The notes: generated from the sequence alone by a model not told the origin. Positions 1-12,062 are shown, numbered from the whole stretch's first letter. The stretch: 63,988 nt of DNA, filler included, from Octopus bimaculoides (GCF_001194135.2; 6 parts of 4 records of this genome joined end to end with filler, not necessarily neighbours in it), one strand, 5' to 3'. Translations and numbers: made by a program.

Positions 1-20
1 ATATATATATATATATATAT

Positions 21-178
21 AGGTTTCAAATTTTGGCACAAGGCTAGCAATAAGTCGATTAGATCGATCCCGTCCTCAACTAACGCTTCAATCCCGCAAG
101 GATGAAATTTCCTCCGTAGGAATTTGAACTCAGAACGTAAAGACGAACGAAATGCCGCCAAGCACTCTGCCGGGCGTA
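21..178 (-). mobile_element. SINE family A, degraded copy
   Basis: Matches the other copies (ggtttcaaattttggcacaagg...ggaatttgaactcagaacgtaaagacg). The reverse strand carries a tRNA-like B box, GAGTTCAAATTCC. Confidence 0.8.
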
Positions 179-565
179 CTATATATGTCATAAGTAATTT
201 ATGCATTATTCACTGTACTTCGGTTTGCAATTCGCGTGAACCTCCCGTCTCTGGAAAGTTGTTTTGCATGAAAGCAGTCCGTACTGTAAAAGAGGTTACG
301 GGCTGCTGTTTTGAATGATACTAACTATAATTTCTTACGCATTTACGAAACTAAAAATTTAGGAGAGAGAAAAGTCAATTACACGAAGTTAAATTCTTGA
401 GAGGAATAATGGTTTGCTAATAGCAGAAGGATAAGAGGCAAAGATCACATTGACAGGATTGGAAATCAAAACTTTAAAAAACTATAACGGACAACGCAGT
501 ACATTCTGTCAAACGCTCTGATGAACGGTTCTGGCAAGCAACTACGTATAAGGTCGATATAAATA

Positions 566-780
566 ATGATTTCAATTTTTTGCCACGAGGACAGCTTGTG
601 GGAGGGGATTAAGTCAATTACATCGATCCCAGTGCGTAAATGGTACTTAATTTATCGACCCCGAAAGGATGAAAGGCAAAGTCGACCTCGACGGAATTTG
701 AACGCAGAACGTAGCGACGGGCGATATGCCGCGAGGCATTTCGTCCAGCGTGTTAACAATTTTGCCAGCTCGTCGCCCTT
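566..780 (-). mobile_element. SINE family A (tail type 1) with ~16-bp TSD
   Basis: Full head, body and tail. Flanked by aaggtcgatataaata (550-565) and aaggtcgatgtaagta (781-796). Confidence 0.9.
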
Positions 781-796
781 AAGGTCGATGTAAGTA

Positions 797-1002
797 ATGA
801 GTTCAAATTTTGGCACAAGGCCAGTAGATTTGAGGGAGGAGCTACATCAACTCCAGTGTTCAACTGGTATTTATTTTATCAACTCCGAAAGGATGAAAGG
901 CAAAGTGGAACTTGGTGGAATTAGAACTCAGAACGTGAAGACGGACGAAACGCTACAAAGTATTTTGCTCGGCGTGCTAACGATTCTGCCAGCTCGCCAC
1001 CT
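797..1002 (-). mobile_element. SINE family A (tail type 1)
   Basis: Same motifs, directly abutting the previous copy's right TSD. Confidence 0.9.
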
Positions 1003-1142
1003 AAATCCGATATAAATAATGAATAGCAGATATCAAACAGAAATATACTGGATCCTAACAAAGCCTTTGTATCTTTAATGTAGATTATTCACATTATTTA
1101 CATTTGACGGATATTAAATATAGAACTGTATTATTTTTAACG

Positions 1143-1362
1143 TAGGTTTCAAAGTTTAGCACCAGACTAACAATTTCGGCGTAGAGTGTTAGTTGATTAC
1201 ATCGACTCCAGTGTTCAACTGGTATTTATTTTATCGACCCCGAAAGGATGAAAGGCAAAATCGTCGTCAGTGGAATTTGAACTCAGAACGTCGTAAAGAA
1301 GGACGAAATACCATTAAAAGTTTTGCCCGAATTGCTAACGATTCTGCCAGCTCACCCCCTTG
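1143..1362 (-). mobile_element. SINE family A
   Basis: atcgaccccgaaaggatgaaaggcaaa core plus ctgccagctcacc head. Confidence 0.85.
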
Positions 1363-1440
1363 TTTGTATCTTTAATTAAAAAATGAGTTCAGGACGAAAT
1401 GAAATACATGTCCATCACATCATTACTACTACTGCAACTG

Positions 1441-1805
1441 TGGAGGCGCAATGGCCCAGTGGTTAGGGCAGCGGACTCGCGGTCATAGGATCGCGGGTTC
1501 GATTCCCAGACCGGGCGTTGTGAGTGTTTATTGAACGAAAACACTTAAAGCTCCACGAACCTCCGGCAGGGGTTGGTGGTGGCAAACCCTGCTGTACTCT
1601 TTCACCACAACTTTCTCTCACTTTTTCTTTCTGTTTCTGCCGTATCTTCAAAGGGCCAGCCTTGTCGCAATCTGTGTCACGCTGAATCTCCCTGAGAACT
1701 ACCTTAAGGGTACACGTGTCTGTGGAATGCTCAGTCACTTGCACGTTAATTTCACGAGCAGGCTGTTCCGTTGATTGAATCAACTGGAACCCTCGTCGTC
1801 GTAAT
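1441..1805 (+). mobile_element. SINE family C, tRNA-Arg-like head, RTE-type tail
   Basis: A box tggcccagtggttagg, anticodon-like gacTCGcgg, B box gttcgattccc. The tail gtcacgctgaat...caactggaaccctcgtcgtcg is shared with the copies at 34577 and 45082. Confidence 0.9.
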
Positions 1806-1910
1806 CATAGTAACTACTACTACCCCCTCCCACCACCACCATTAATACTACTACTACCACCGCCAATGCTACTACTACCACCACCACAACCATCACTACT
1901 ACTGCTACTC
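1806..1910. repeat. Degenerate (ACT/ACC)n trinucleotide repeat
   Basis: actactact/accaccacc runs after the SINE tail. Confidence 0.85.
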
Positions 1911-2319
1911 TTTCTTTCGTTTCTGGTTTCCTTTCCGTCCTCGTTAACTCCTCCTTCATTCCTCTTTCTCGTTCGTTTGCAAACACAAACAACATACCTG
2001 AATCCTTGCCAAATAACAGCGATCGATCAGCGACAAGCCATTTAGATAATTCGGTGTGAATCGCTTACACTAATGTTGTTTACAATGTGTCACTTGTGGC
2101 TAAAAGCAAGCAACTTCTTTCCATTCCGTCAAGCACTTCTAATACAGATAGGTGTATTTAATTGTTTCGTCAATTTAGCTTCGAGACAAACAGACGTCAG
2201 CCAATTGTAGGACAATCGTTGTACAATGTTGACCACGTCACGTCCTTTATTAGACGAGAAAATACAATTACTCGCCCTCTTTCATACATCTTACAAATGA
2301 TATATTTCCTTTACATATA

Positions 2320-2612
<293 letters not shown>

Positions 2613-3009
2613 AAAGTGTCATTTCTTCATTCCTTTAATTTCTTTACTTCGTTTTTGGAAATTTTGTATTATTTTGTATGTTATTGTTCTTTTTGGGTGC
2701 GGGGAGGGATGGGTGTTTTTGTTTTATTTTGTTTTGTTTTATTTTGTTTTGTTTTCTTAAATGGTTTTTCAGTGAGTGAGGAAAGAAAAAGAAATATTCG
2801 TGTTTCGTTCCTTCTCATCTTAAGCAAACTTTGCATTTCTTTTATTGCCTTCGAGATTCAAACAGAAGTGCCAAGTATTTTGTGATACAAAGTAGATGAA
2901 GTTGTGACGCTGGTAAGATATTACACACATACCAATATGCATACGAACATATACGCATACACATATATATGCACAACATACAAAGGTGCATACGAATGAC
3001 ACAAATCAT

Positions 3010-3010
3010 G

Positions 3011-3076
<66 letters not shown>

Positions 3077-3122
3077 AGTCTGACACCCTACCTGTCTGAC
3101 ACCACTTTACTGGCATCTGTTA

Positions 3123-3160
<38 letters not shown>
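3010..3160. repeat. (TCTA)n and (TCTG)n tetranucleotide repeats
   Basis: Seen directly. Confidence 0.95.
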
Positions 3161-3161
<1 letters not shown>

Positions 3162-3207
3162 CCTTCCCGTCTCTTTCCCTCCCTCCCCCTCTCTGTATTA
3201 ATGATTG

Positions 3208-3365
3208 TGTAGGCATGACTGTGTGGTTAAGAAATTCGTTTTATAACCAAGCAGTTTTGGGCTCAGTTCTACTGCGCAACACCTTGGACAAGTATTTTCT
3301 ATTATAACCCTGGGTCGATCAATGCATTGTGAGTGAATTTGGTAGACTGAAACTGTGGAAACTTT
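3208..3365 (+). mobile_element. SINE family B, 5' part, degraded
   Basis: gactgtgtggttaagaa...ccttggacaag...gtgagtgaatttggtagactgaaactg matches the family B head. Confidence 0.75.
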
Positions 3366-3694
3366 GTGTGTTAATGTATGTATGTATCTATCTATTTATC
3401 TGTCTATCTATCTATCTAGCTATATACATACATACACACATTTGTAAATAATAATAATAATAATAATATTTTATAAACATAAACTGTAAGGTTACGAAAA
3501 TTATTATTATTGTTATTTACAAATTGTAAAACTTCAGCTCCATTTGCCAAATAATCGCGCATATATNNNNNNNNNNNNNNNNNNNNNNNNNNNNNNNNNN
3601 NNNNNNNNNNNNNNNNNNNNNNNNNNNNNNNNNATATACATATATATATATATGCGATTTTTAACAAACTTACTGCTCTCTCTCTCTCTCTCTC

Positions 3695-3734
<40 letters not shown>

Positions 3735-4147
3735 CGACAGAAGCCATTTTTAATATCGCGAGGTAATATTTATTCTCACTTAAACGTGGGTGTTCTGTTA
3801 GAACAAACTTTACTGAGGTAAATAACATGAGAGAAACTCTCATATAGACTTTTGGTGTAGAGTGCACGCTTATTTACATCGTTAGCAGGGAGATAAATCC
3901 TCACCAACTCGAGCGCCGAGATCACCAGATCACGTTTGATTGTTACCCGCTTATCACTTCAAGTTTGTTGGAGTTGTGTCTGTCCTCATTACTGAATACT
4001 CATACGTCGTTTTCGACAGGAAAACCATTACTTATGTATTTCAAACGCCCGTTACCAATGTATAATACTAAACAGATCTAAACACTAACTGTATCCTTGG
4101 TATTGCGACTGTCTTATGTTCAAACCCTGCCCCATTCTCTGCCCATG

Positions 4148-4148
<1 letters not shown>

Positions 4149-4189
<41 letters not shown>

Positions 4190-4682
4190 GAGTGAGAGAG
4201 CAATGCATGCCATCAAAATGACACGCGGATAAAATATACGAAGCCCAACTTACCCATCATGACTACCTGTCTGATAAGGGTACGCCAGGGACATGCATCA
4301 TAACCATATGTGCGTAACATGGTGATCTCATATCAAGATAAACAGCGCATGACTTTGCAGGTGGGGGCCCAGTTAGGATTTTCTTCAGGTCGAGTAGCCC
4401 ATCCCGCTTAAATCGTCCCTGAATAAGGGTTGTTTAAGGAAGTTGAACGAAACATACATGTTTCCAGAGGTGAACTATTCAAACCTCAAAGAATTCCTCT
4501 CAATACATGGCTATGATGCTTCCCCATTACTGCTGCTCGTGATCAGAGATGCACATATCGTCAACCACCAAGGGACGTGCCCAACTGGTTAAGGTCAAAT
4601 AACTGACAAGCAAATCTATTGTTTTGAGCAGAATATTTGCTGTAGCCATCTTTTATACCTAGACAAAACATGTACATGATTA
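4149..4682 (-). mobile_element. Family D non-coding repeat with (AAT)n tail
   Basis: Reverse complement of 12192-12771; ends in an (AAT)n run; no ORF and no clear tRNA head. Confidence 0.85.
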
Positions 4683-4689
4683 TTATTTC

Positions 4690-5001
4690 TCCTTATTATA
4701 GGTTTTGTTGGAACTCCTTGAGTCTTACACGCGTAGCGGGCTTGCTACCTGCAGCCTACGGTACCATGCTATCCATTCTTTTCAGTTATCTAATACTTTA
4801 GATACTTTCCTGATTATTCTAGCTATGCCAAGGAGGCAAACCTTTTGTAACAGTTCTACTGGACACTCTATTCCAATTTCCCTTATATTCCACGGACCCA
4901 ACAATAATTAGCACTATCTTCACTTTCTTCATTTTCCATAGCCGGGCTATTTCGTACTTAAGAGAGTTATATCTATCTATCTTTTTGCTTTACTTCTTGA
5001 C
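4690..5001 (-). pseudogene. R4/Dong-clade non-LTR retrotransposon, 3' fragment
   Basis: Minus-strand translation KKIDRYNSLKYEIARLWKMKKVKIVLIIVGS..IGIECPVELLQKVCLLGIARIIRKV..LDN* (stop at 4782-4784) is the typical C-terminus of R4-type RLE LINEs. (AAT)n lies on both sides. Confidence 0.8.
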
Positions 5002-5045
<44 letters not shown>

Positions 5046-5246
5046 GCTATTTTTTTATTACAGTCTTTGATTTAGAGATGTTCAAGCTAAATGCCAACGA
5101 CATCCATCTCAATTCGGTGAGGCTTTGAAATATGGTATTGCACTCTTTTCTTAACTTAGATGAAATAAAATTGTCACTTGTTATGAGCAGAAAGCCTTTT
5201 GAGTTCGTATGCTATAGTATTCGTTCTAATATTAATTGAAAAACAA

Positions 5247-5443
5247 AAATGGGGAGCAAGCAAAATGGTTAGCACGCCGGACAAAATGCCTAGTGGTATT
5301 TCGTCCGTCTTTAAGTTTGTAGTTCAAATTCTGCCAAGGTGTACTTTACTTTTCATCCTTTCGGGGCCGTTGAGTACTGAGGCTGAGATAATCGACTTAG
5401 CTACTCTCACTAAAATTGCTTGCCTTGTTACCAAAATTTGAAA
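5247..5443 (+). mobile_element. SINE family A (tail type 1)
   Basis: gttagcacgccggac...gttcaaattctgcc...ctttcatcctttcgggg...ccaaaatttgaaac. Confidence 0.85.
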
Positions 5444-5458
5444 CTAATTTAAATACAA

Positions 5459-5662
5459 GAGCTGACAGAGTTGTTAGCACGCTGGGCAAAATGCCTTGTG
5501 ACATTTTACTCCTCTTTGCGTTCTTAGATCAAATTCCGCCGAGGTCGACTTTACCTTTCATCCTACTGGAATCAATAAAATAAGTACCACTCGAGCACAG
5601 GGTCGATGTAATTGACTTATCCCTCCTCCTAAATTGCTGGCTTTGTGCCAAAATTTAAAATC
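5459..5662 (+). mobile_element. SINE family A (tail type 1)
   Basis: Second tandem copy, same orientation. Confidence 0.85.
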
Positions 5663-5878
5663 AATATTAATTGGAATACCCTTTCCATTCGTAATACTAT
5701 ATAACCTGTCAACATTAAGACCGATATGGAAAACATATATATGCTTTGTAGTAAAACAGCTCTAAAATATTCACAATGAGAAGAACTTCACTTTATATAC
5801 AGTATACAACTTTCGCAATGACATCGGCTGATACGTTAGTATACATTAACGAAGACTTCTCGTGAAACATATACTTAC

Positions 5879-5951
5879 GTAATATCTTCATATTCTGTCA
5901 AAAGAAACATCGCGTTTTCCCACTCCAGCTTCAAGTGCAATACATGAATGC
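5879..5951 (-). CDS. Candidate internal host exon (phase 1 to 2), product unknown
   Basis: Acceptor ctaattctctccAG, donor AC/GTAAGT, one open frame (G)IHVLHLKLEWENAMFLLTEYEDI(T), in-frame stop just inside the intron. No homology recognised. Confidence 0.3.
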
Positions 5952-6124
5952 CTGGAGAGAATTAGCAGGGTTTCTTCTGCAAGAATTAGGGCACAGACAA
6001 ATCTAAAAAGCAAAGTGTTTGGTGCGAATTGAAAAACAAAAACACAAATGCAGTTCATACTGCAAAATAGTACTTTAGTTGAGCTGACAATTACAGATCA
6101 CAAGAATTTTGAAGCAGCAACAGT

Positions 6125-6352
6125 CTGTACACGGTTGCTCGGTCTACTTGAAAAGGCAACCAAATATTTCTCTCTTCAGTCACACCCTACTGTCTTAAGA
6201 ATGTGAGGGCACATTATGTAATGCAGTTGTAGATATACTTTGTTTTAAAAGAAAAGAAAACCAAAAAAAAAAAACGTTGGATTGGAAGCAGCTATAATGC
6301 CCATGATGATAGATCTAATCAATCAGAATTCGTCTGATTCTACACAACAACA
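6125..6352 (+). repeat. Family G dispersed repeat with (CAA)n-like tail
   Basis: gctcggtctacttgaaaaggcaaccaaat...tcacaccctactgtcttaag...caacaacagc; related segments at 7560, 25140, 38340, 38950-39300 and 39690. Confidence 0.55.
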
Positions 6353-6479
6353 GCATTCTCGGCAAACTTCCCATAGTATTACACACTCCAGTAGATGGGT
6401 AACTGAAAATTATTTCATTAAAACAAGGTGGTATTGAGGAATTTGGGTGGGGGGCATTTTAGACAAGTGTGTACAGACA

Positions 6480-6730
6480 TTTGGACAAAGTTAATACAAT
6501 CTAAAATTAATCATACTAAATATTGGAAGTTCACGTATTGTGATTTAAAAAATTAGGGAAGACGCTGGGTATAGAGAGATTAATTCTGAAGAAAAAAGAT
6601 CTGGGAGAGTAATTTGAAGCGTGTCAAGATGCTTCAGTGACATATAGTAGAGATGACAAAATAAGAAAAACAGTTTTAAAATGTATGATTGGGTGGAAGG
6701 AGAAATCAATCAAAAGGGTCTGAGAAACAA
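6480..6730 (+). mobile_element. Possible highly decayed RTE-type LINE fragment
   Basis: Weak resemblance to the RWFGHIVRM..GRRKRGRP region; many stops. Confidence 0.25.
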
Positions 6731-6887
6731 CAGCGTTTGTAAAATTATGAATTTATAATTAGTAAGCAGTCGGCCGGCAAACGACACATAAGGCTTTCGA
6801 GTCCCCCTAGTGGAAGAGTGCTTTCTTATTTTTTATAATGTCTGATATCAATAATTAGTATTGTCACGATAGAAATATGTACATATA

Positions 6888-7071
6888 GGTGCAAGAGTGG
6901 TTATGTGGTAAGAAACTTGCTTCCCAACCACATGGTTCTGAGTTCAGTGCCACTACGTGGCACCTTGCGCAAGTGTCTTCTACTATAGCATTGTGAGTGG
7001 ATTTGGTAGAAGGAAACTGAAAGAACCCGCCATATATTTAATATATATGTGTGTGTGTGTATGTGTGTGTG

Positions 7072-7102
<31 letters not shown>

Positions 7103-7280
7103 TTATCCCCTACAACCTCTTGGCAACCGGTGCTGGTGTGTTTACATCCCTGTAACTTAGCCATTCGGCAAAAGAGTCTGATAAAATAAATACCAGGTTT
7201 AAAAAGAAATAAAAGTATTAGGGTCGATCCATTCGATGAAAATTCTTCAGTCTAATGACCGAAATAAGTAAAAGAATAAA
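6888..7280 (+). mobile_element. SINE family B with internal (TG)n
   Basis: gtggttatgtggtaagaaac...gagttcagtgccactacgtggcaccttgcgcaagtgtcttc...gtaacttagccattcggcaaaagag... Confidence 0.9.
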
Positions 7281-7559
7281 GTAATAAAATAAGTATGAAG
7301 CAATACAAGCTATGGCAAGTTGTTGAAGCGTTTTCAATGAAGGAGCATCTACGAAAGTGCTTCAGAGTATGATGACACGTGTGTACTAACAGTACCATTG
7401 TTGATAGAGCGCAATGTCCCTATCTAAGACAAATCTGTGATTTACATTGCATAGATAGGTTCTTAGGTGCATATTTTTGGGGTTTGAGAAAGAATGCAAA
7501 TCTTTATGATGTAAGTGATATCAATATTTGTTTTCAGAAGTAATATGACGTATCATTTC

Positions 7560-7680
7560 GTTGTTTACTCCTATGTCAGCCCCGAACTAATGGACCTACC
7601 ATGAAAGACCGTTCAGTCTGTAACTAGAACGTATTTTTGAATATCATGAACTACATTGACCGATTGTCCTTCCTATTTCC
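7560..7680 (-). repeat. Family G fragment
   Basis: gtcagccccg...actacattgaccgattgtccttcc aligns with 38340-38470. Confidence 0.4.
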
Positions 7681-8112
7681 AGGCACTAGTGGATCTAGCC
7701 ATTACGTAGTTACTAACTTCTTTGTTTGCTCAGAAAACTTAGCATTTGTTGTATGTGATGAGGCTTTATTTTCTTAGCGAGTCCGAGCTAGCGGAGGAAT
7801 GTTGCAGTTGCTGGCCGTTTCAGAATAGCGAGCTCAAGCTTTCACATATTTTCTTGAACATAAGAAAGTTGATGTTTGCAGGGAAACGGTGAAATTGGAG
7901 AAAAATCAAAAGGTACATAGTACAGAGAAGAAAGGATCAAGACGAGAGACACGTGAAATAGAAAGTGAGATGATGAAAAGGAGAACCTATTCCTGCGTTG
8001 ACAACTTCAGAATGGCCATGGTAATTTCAGTAGAAAAAACTGGGGAGGACATTCTATGTCACAGCAACTGATTGAAGCGTCAGGCACGGAATTTTTCAGA
8101 TGAGGTCAAGGA

Positions 8113-8331
8113 TGAATTCTTTTCTACTATCGGCACTAGGCTCGAAATTTTGGGGGAGGGGAACAGTCGATTAGATCTACCCCAGTACGTAACTGGTACT
8201 TAATTTATCGCGTCCGAAAGAATGAAAGGCAAAGTCGACCTCGGCAGAATTTGAACTCAGAACGTAAAAACACGAGACACTGCTAAGTATTTCGCCCGGC
8301 GAGTTAACATTTCTGCCAGCTCGCCACCTTT
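8113..8331 (-). mobile_element. SINE family A (tail type 2)
   Basis: Family A head and core, but the tail reads cttttctactatcggcactaggctcgaaattttggggg. Confidence 0.9.
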
Positions 8332-8996
8332 CGAAGATGTTTTACTGCATATATATATATATATGTGACTGTGTGCGTGTGTGTGTGTGTGTGTGTGAGC
8401 GAGAGAGAAAGAGAGAGAGCGAAAGAGAGAGAGAGAAAGAGAGAGAGAGAGAGTNNNNNNNNNNNNNNNNNNNNNNNNNNNNNNNNNNNNNNNNNNNNNN
8501 NNNNNNNNNNNNNNNNNNNNNNNNNNNNNNNNNNNNNNNNNNNNNNNNNNNNNNNNNNNNNNNNNNNNNNNNNNNNNNNNNNNNNNNNNNNNNNNNNNNN
8601 NNNNNNNNNNNNNNNNNNNNNNNNNNNNNNNNNNNNNNNNNNNNNNNNNNNNNNNNNNNNNNNNNNNNNNNNNNNNNNNNNNNNNNNNNNNNNNNNNNNN
8701 NNNNNNNNNNNNNNNNNNNNNNNNNNNNNNNNNNNNNNNNNNNNNNNNNNNNNNNNNNNNNNNNNNNNNNNNNNNNNNNNNNNNNNNNNNNNNNNNNNNN
8801 NNNNNNNNNNNNNNNNNNNNNNNNNNNNNNNNNNNNNNNNNNNNNNNNNNNNNNNNNNNNNNNNNNNNNNNNNNNNNNNNNNNNNNNNNNNNNNNNGTAT
8901 ATATATTCTACTCCGTCTTGTAGGTGACCAGCAACTTTAACTGCTGGAATATTTGTTGGCCCTCAAGAATAAATCATAAAAGATCGGGAAATAGCA

Positions 8997-9370
8997 TGGG
9001 CAAAGCGTAGCAGTGTGGTCAGAAGTTTGCTTTCCAGCTACATAGTTGCTGGTTCAGTCCCTCTGCGTGGTAGCTCCGGGCCAACCAAAGCCTTGAGAGT
9101 GAATTTGACAGACGGGAATCGAAGAAGCTCGTAATGTATGTGTGTGTGCGTGTGTGTGTGTGTGTGTGTGAGCGAGAGAGAAAGAGAGAGAGCGAAAGAG
9201 AGAGAGAGAAAGAGAGAGAGAGAGAGTGTGTGTGTGTGTGTGCATGATAATCGGTATTATCTTGTTTAAATCCTCGTATAGTAGCGGTTCTGCAAAAAGG
9301 AGCCGATAGAATAAGTACAAGCTTAAAAAACACAAGTACTGAATTCCATTTGTTCGACTAAAGCCTTCTA
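8997..9370 (+). mobile_element. SINE family B with internal compound microsatellite
   Basis: ggttcagtccctctgcgtgg...ccaaagccttgagagtgaatttg...gatagaataagtac. Confidence 0.8.
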
Positions 9371-9390
9371 GTGTGAGACCGTGTATGCAG

Positions 9391-9448
<58 letters not shown>

Positions 9449-9643
9449 CACATACATATATAAAATAACATAAGGAAATAAAACGCTTAATATTTGTTAA
9501 TGTTGCTGTGCATTGTTTGATCCCTTTGAATTTTGCCTCGCTATATTAATTACTTTTTAAAATTCATTTAAATCTAAGTTATTGATTATTTTCATATCTA
9601 CACGCTTTATAAACTCTGTGTGCGCATCTGGCTGTGTGTCTGC

Positions 9644-9703
<60 letters not shown>

Positions 9704-9705
9704 AA

Positions 9706-9928
9706 CTGGGTTTCAAATTTTGCCACGAGGTCAGCAATTTAAGGAGTGGTGTTGAGTCGATTACATCGACCCCAGTGATCAACTGGTACTCTTTTTTATT
9801 TATCGACGCCGAAAGGATGGAAGGTAAAGTCGACGTCAGCGGAATTTGAACTTAGAATGTAAAGACGGACGAAATACCGCTAAGCATTTAGTCCGGCGTG
9901 CTAACGATTCTGCCAACTTGTCACCTTC
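9706..9928 (-). mobile_element. SINE family A (tail type 1)
   Basis: Complete motif set. Confidence 0.9.
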
Positions 9929-10169
9929 TACGTTTCTGTTATATAAGACGGTGAATTAGTAGGATTCATTAAGAGGAAGACTAAATACTTTGTGGTATAT
10001 GACTTTGAGCACACACATCTCATCAAATCAAAATTAACTTTTCCTCCATCCCGTGTCGATAAAATAGATAGCAGTGAAGTACTGCACCGTTCTACTCCGC
10101 TATATCATTCTTACCCCATTTTTGTGGCCGTGCACATATGTTGAAAATTACTATTAATAATATTATCTC

Positions 10170-10385
10170 AAGCGGCGAGCTGGCAGATTTGTTGCCATGT
10201 CGAAAAAAATGCTTAGCGGCATTTCTTCTGCCTTTACGTTCTGAGTACAAATTCCGTCGAGGTCGACCTTGCCTTTTATCCCTTTTGGGGTCGATAAAAT
10301 AATTACCAATCAAGCACTGGAGTGGTTGTAACCGACTTGTTACCTTCCACAAAATTGCTGGCCTTGTGCCAAAATTTGAAACCAA
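10170..10385 (+). mobile_element. SINE family A (tail type 1)
   Basis: gcggcgagctggcag head; TSD-like aatattatctc / aatatttctc. Confidence 0.9.
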
Positions 10386-10834
10386 TATTTCTCACTTACT
10401 TTCTCTCTCGATGCGATCTGTGTTTGCCGATATCAAATTAAATATCTATTAAAATGACCCCAGACTTTAGGTCTAAAAATTGGAGCACTTTTAATAGATT
10501 CATAATTTGATATCTACGAATATAGATTGTCTAATTTTCAAATATATTTAACAGTATAATTGAAGACTTATTTACATAGCTCTAGTGTTATATGTTGAGC
10601 ATTCTATGACACATTGCAAAGATATGGAATTGTATTAATACAATATATAACTAGAATATATAAAAATAAATATAATTGTGAATATCTATTATTCTTTCAT
10701 TATATATATAGCAGTCCGTCTGTGTCTATCTTGGTGCCTATGTATGCAATAAGTATGTAAGTATGAATGTATGCATATCTGTATATATGTATGTATGTAA
10801 ATATGTATGTATAATTATTTATATATATCTTTCG

Positions 10835-10894
<60 letters not shown>

Positions 10895-11734
10895 TTAATG
10901 ATTTTATGTACTTATCGTTCTAGCTGTGGGTGTCTCTATGCATAACTGTCTGATAGTCCGCCTGTCTATTTCTCTTATATTTTTCTTCATACTTCTTTAC
11001 TTCCAAATATATTTTCCTAATGCAATGCCTTCTTTGTTGACTTTAAATTCTGTTATTCTTCCATTGTTAATTTTTTTTTCTTAATTTCAGGTGTCTCCCT
11101 TCATAAATCTATCTCAATAACCCTTTATTTACAATCTCCTTTTATAGTATCATTCTATTCATTTCCATAATTCCATTCTTTTACTCATTTACGAACATGG
11201 TTTCATTCTTTTTTTAACGCTATTTAACTTATTTCCATCAACCGCTCCAGTAGACTTCATAATTCTCTATAGTCATTATTTCCGTTTTTTCCTTCCTTAC
11301 TTTTTCCTATTTGTCTACCGATATTTTTTTCTTTTCTGTTCGTCTTTCCTTCCATATTTTCGCGTTCCTCTTCTGCAGCCACATGTGATAAAACTTGCAG
11401 TCATGTTTTTTCGCGCCAACGTATCAAAATTGGCAGCAAGCGGAGACACCACCAAGTTTACTTTGGCGGAGAAGTTGGGCCGACTTTATTTTTATCGCAT
11501 TTTGTCTCTCAAGAGCAACCGGGCGGTTAAATGAGACCAGTCATGCAAGCTGAGCAAAAAGATGTAGACGAAGGAGATATGAGGATGGTGGTGAGGTTGA
11601 TACTGGTAAAGGTGCTTCTGTTGGTGGAGGTGGTTGAGATGGTAGTGATGGTGAGGATTCATGAATGTGTGTGTGAGTGTTGAGTGTATGTACGTGTGGG
11701 TGCGTCTGAATGAGTGAATGTATACATTCAGATA

Positions 11735-11765
11735 TAATAATAATAATAATAATAATAATAGCAAT

Positions 11766-11801
<36 letters not shown>

Positions 11802-11845
11802 TATTATTATTATTATTATTATTATTATAATAAAAATAATAATAA
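11735..11845. repeat. (AAT)n/(TTA)n repeat containing a loop-less palindrome
   Basis: (AAT)n switches to (TTA)n at 11800/11801. Confidence 0.9.
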
Positions 11846-11849
11846 TGAT

Positions 11850-12062
11850 GATCCTTTCTTTTGGAGGTAAAAGACCTGAAATTATGGGGAGGGGGGATAG
11901 TTGATTACAGTGAACCAGTATTTCACTGGTACTTAATTTATTGACACTGAAAGGATGAAAGGCAAAGTGGACCTCGGTGGAATTTGAACTCAGAACGTAA
12001 GGACGGATGAAATGCCGTTAAGAACTTTGTCCGGTGCGGTAACGATTGCCCCGTGCCGCCTT
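11850..12062 (-). mobile_element. SINE family A (tail type 2)
   Basis: tttggaggtaaaagacctgaaattatgggg tail followed by the core. Confidence 0.85.

Noticed and set aside
1441-1520. tRNA-Arg(TCG)-like sequence
   Set aside because: It is the head of SINE family C, continuing into a multicopy body, with no proper acceptor stem.
8370-9227. Identical ~60-bp interrupted (GA)n pattern at 8395-8454 and 9168-9227
   Set aside because: The first copy ends at a gap edge; most likely a gap-filling or misassembly duplicate.
11492-11764. His-rich ORF
   Set aside because: Low-complexity (GGT/GAT) repeat adjoining microsatellites; no splice or codon support.
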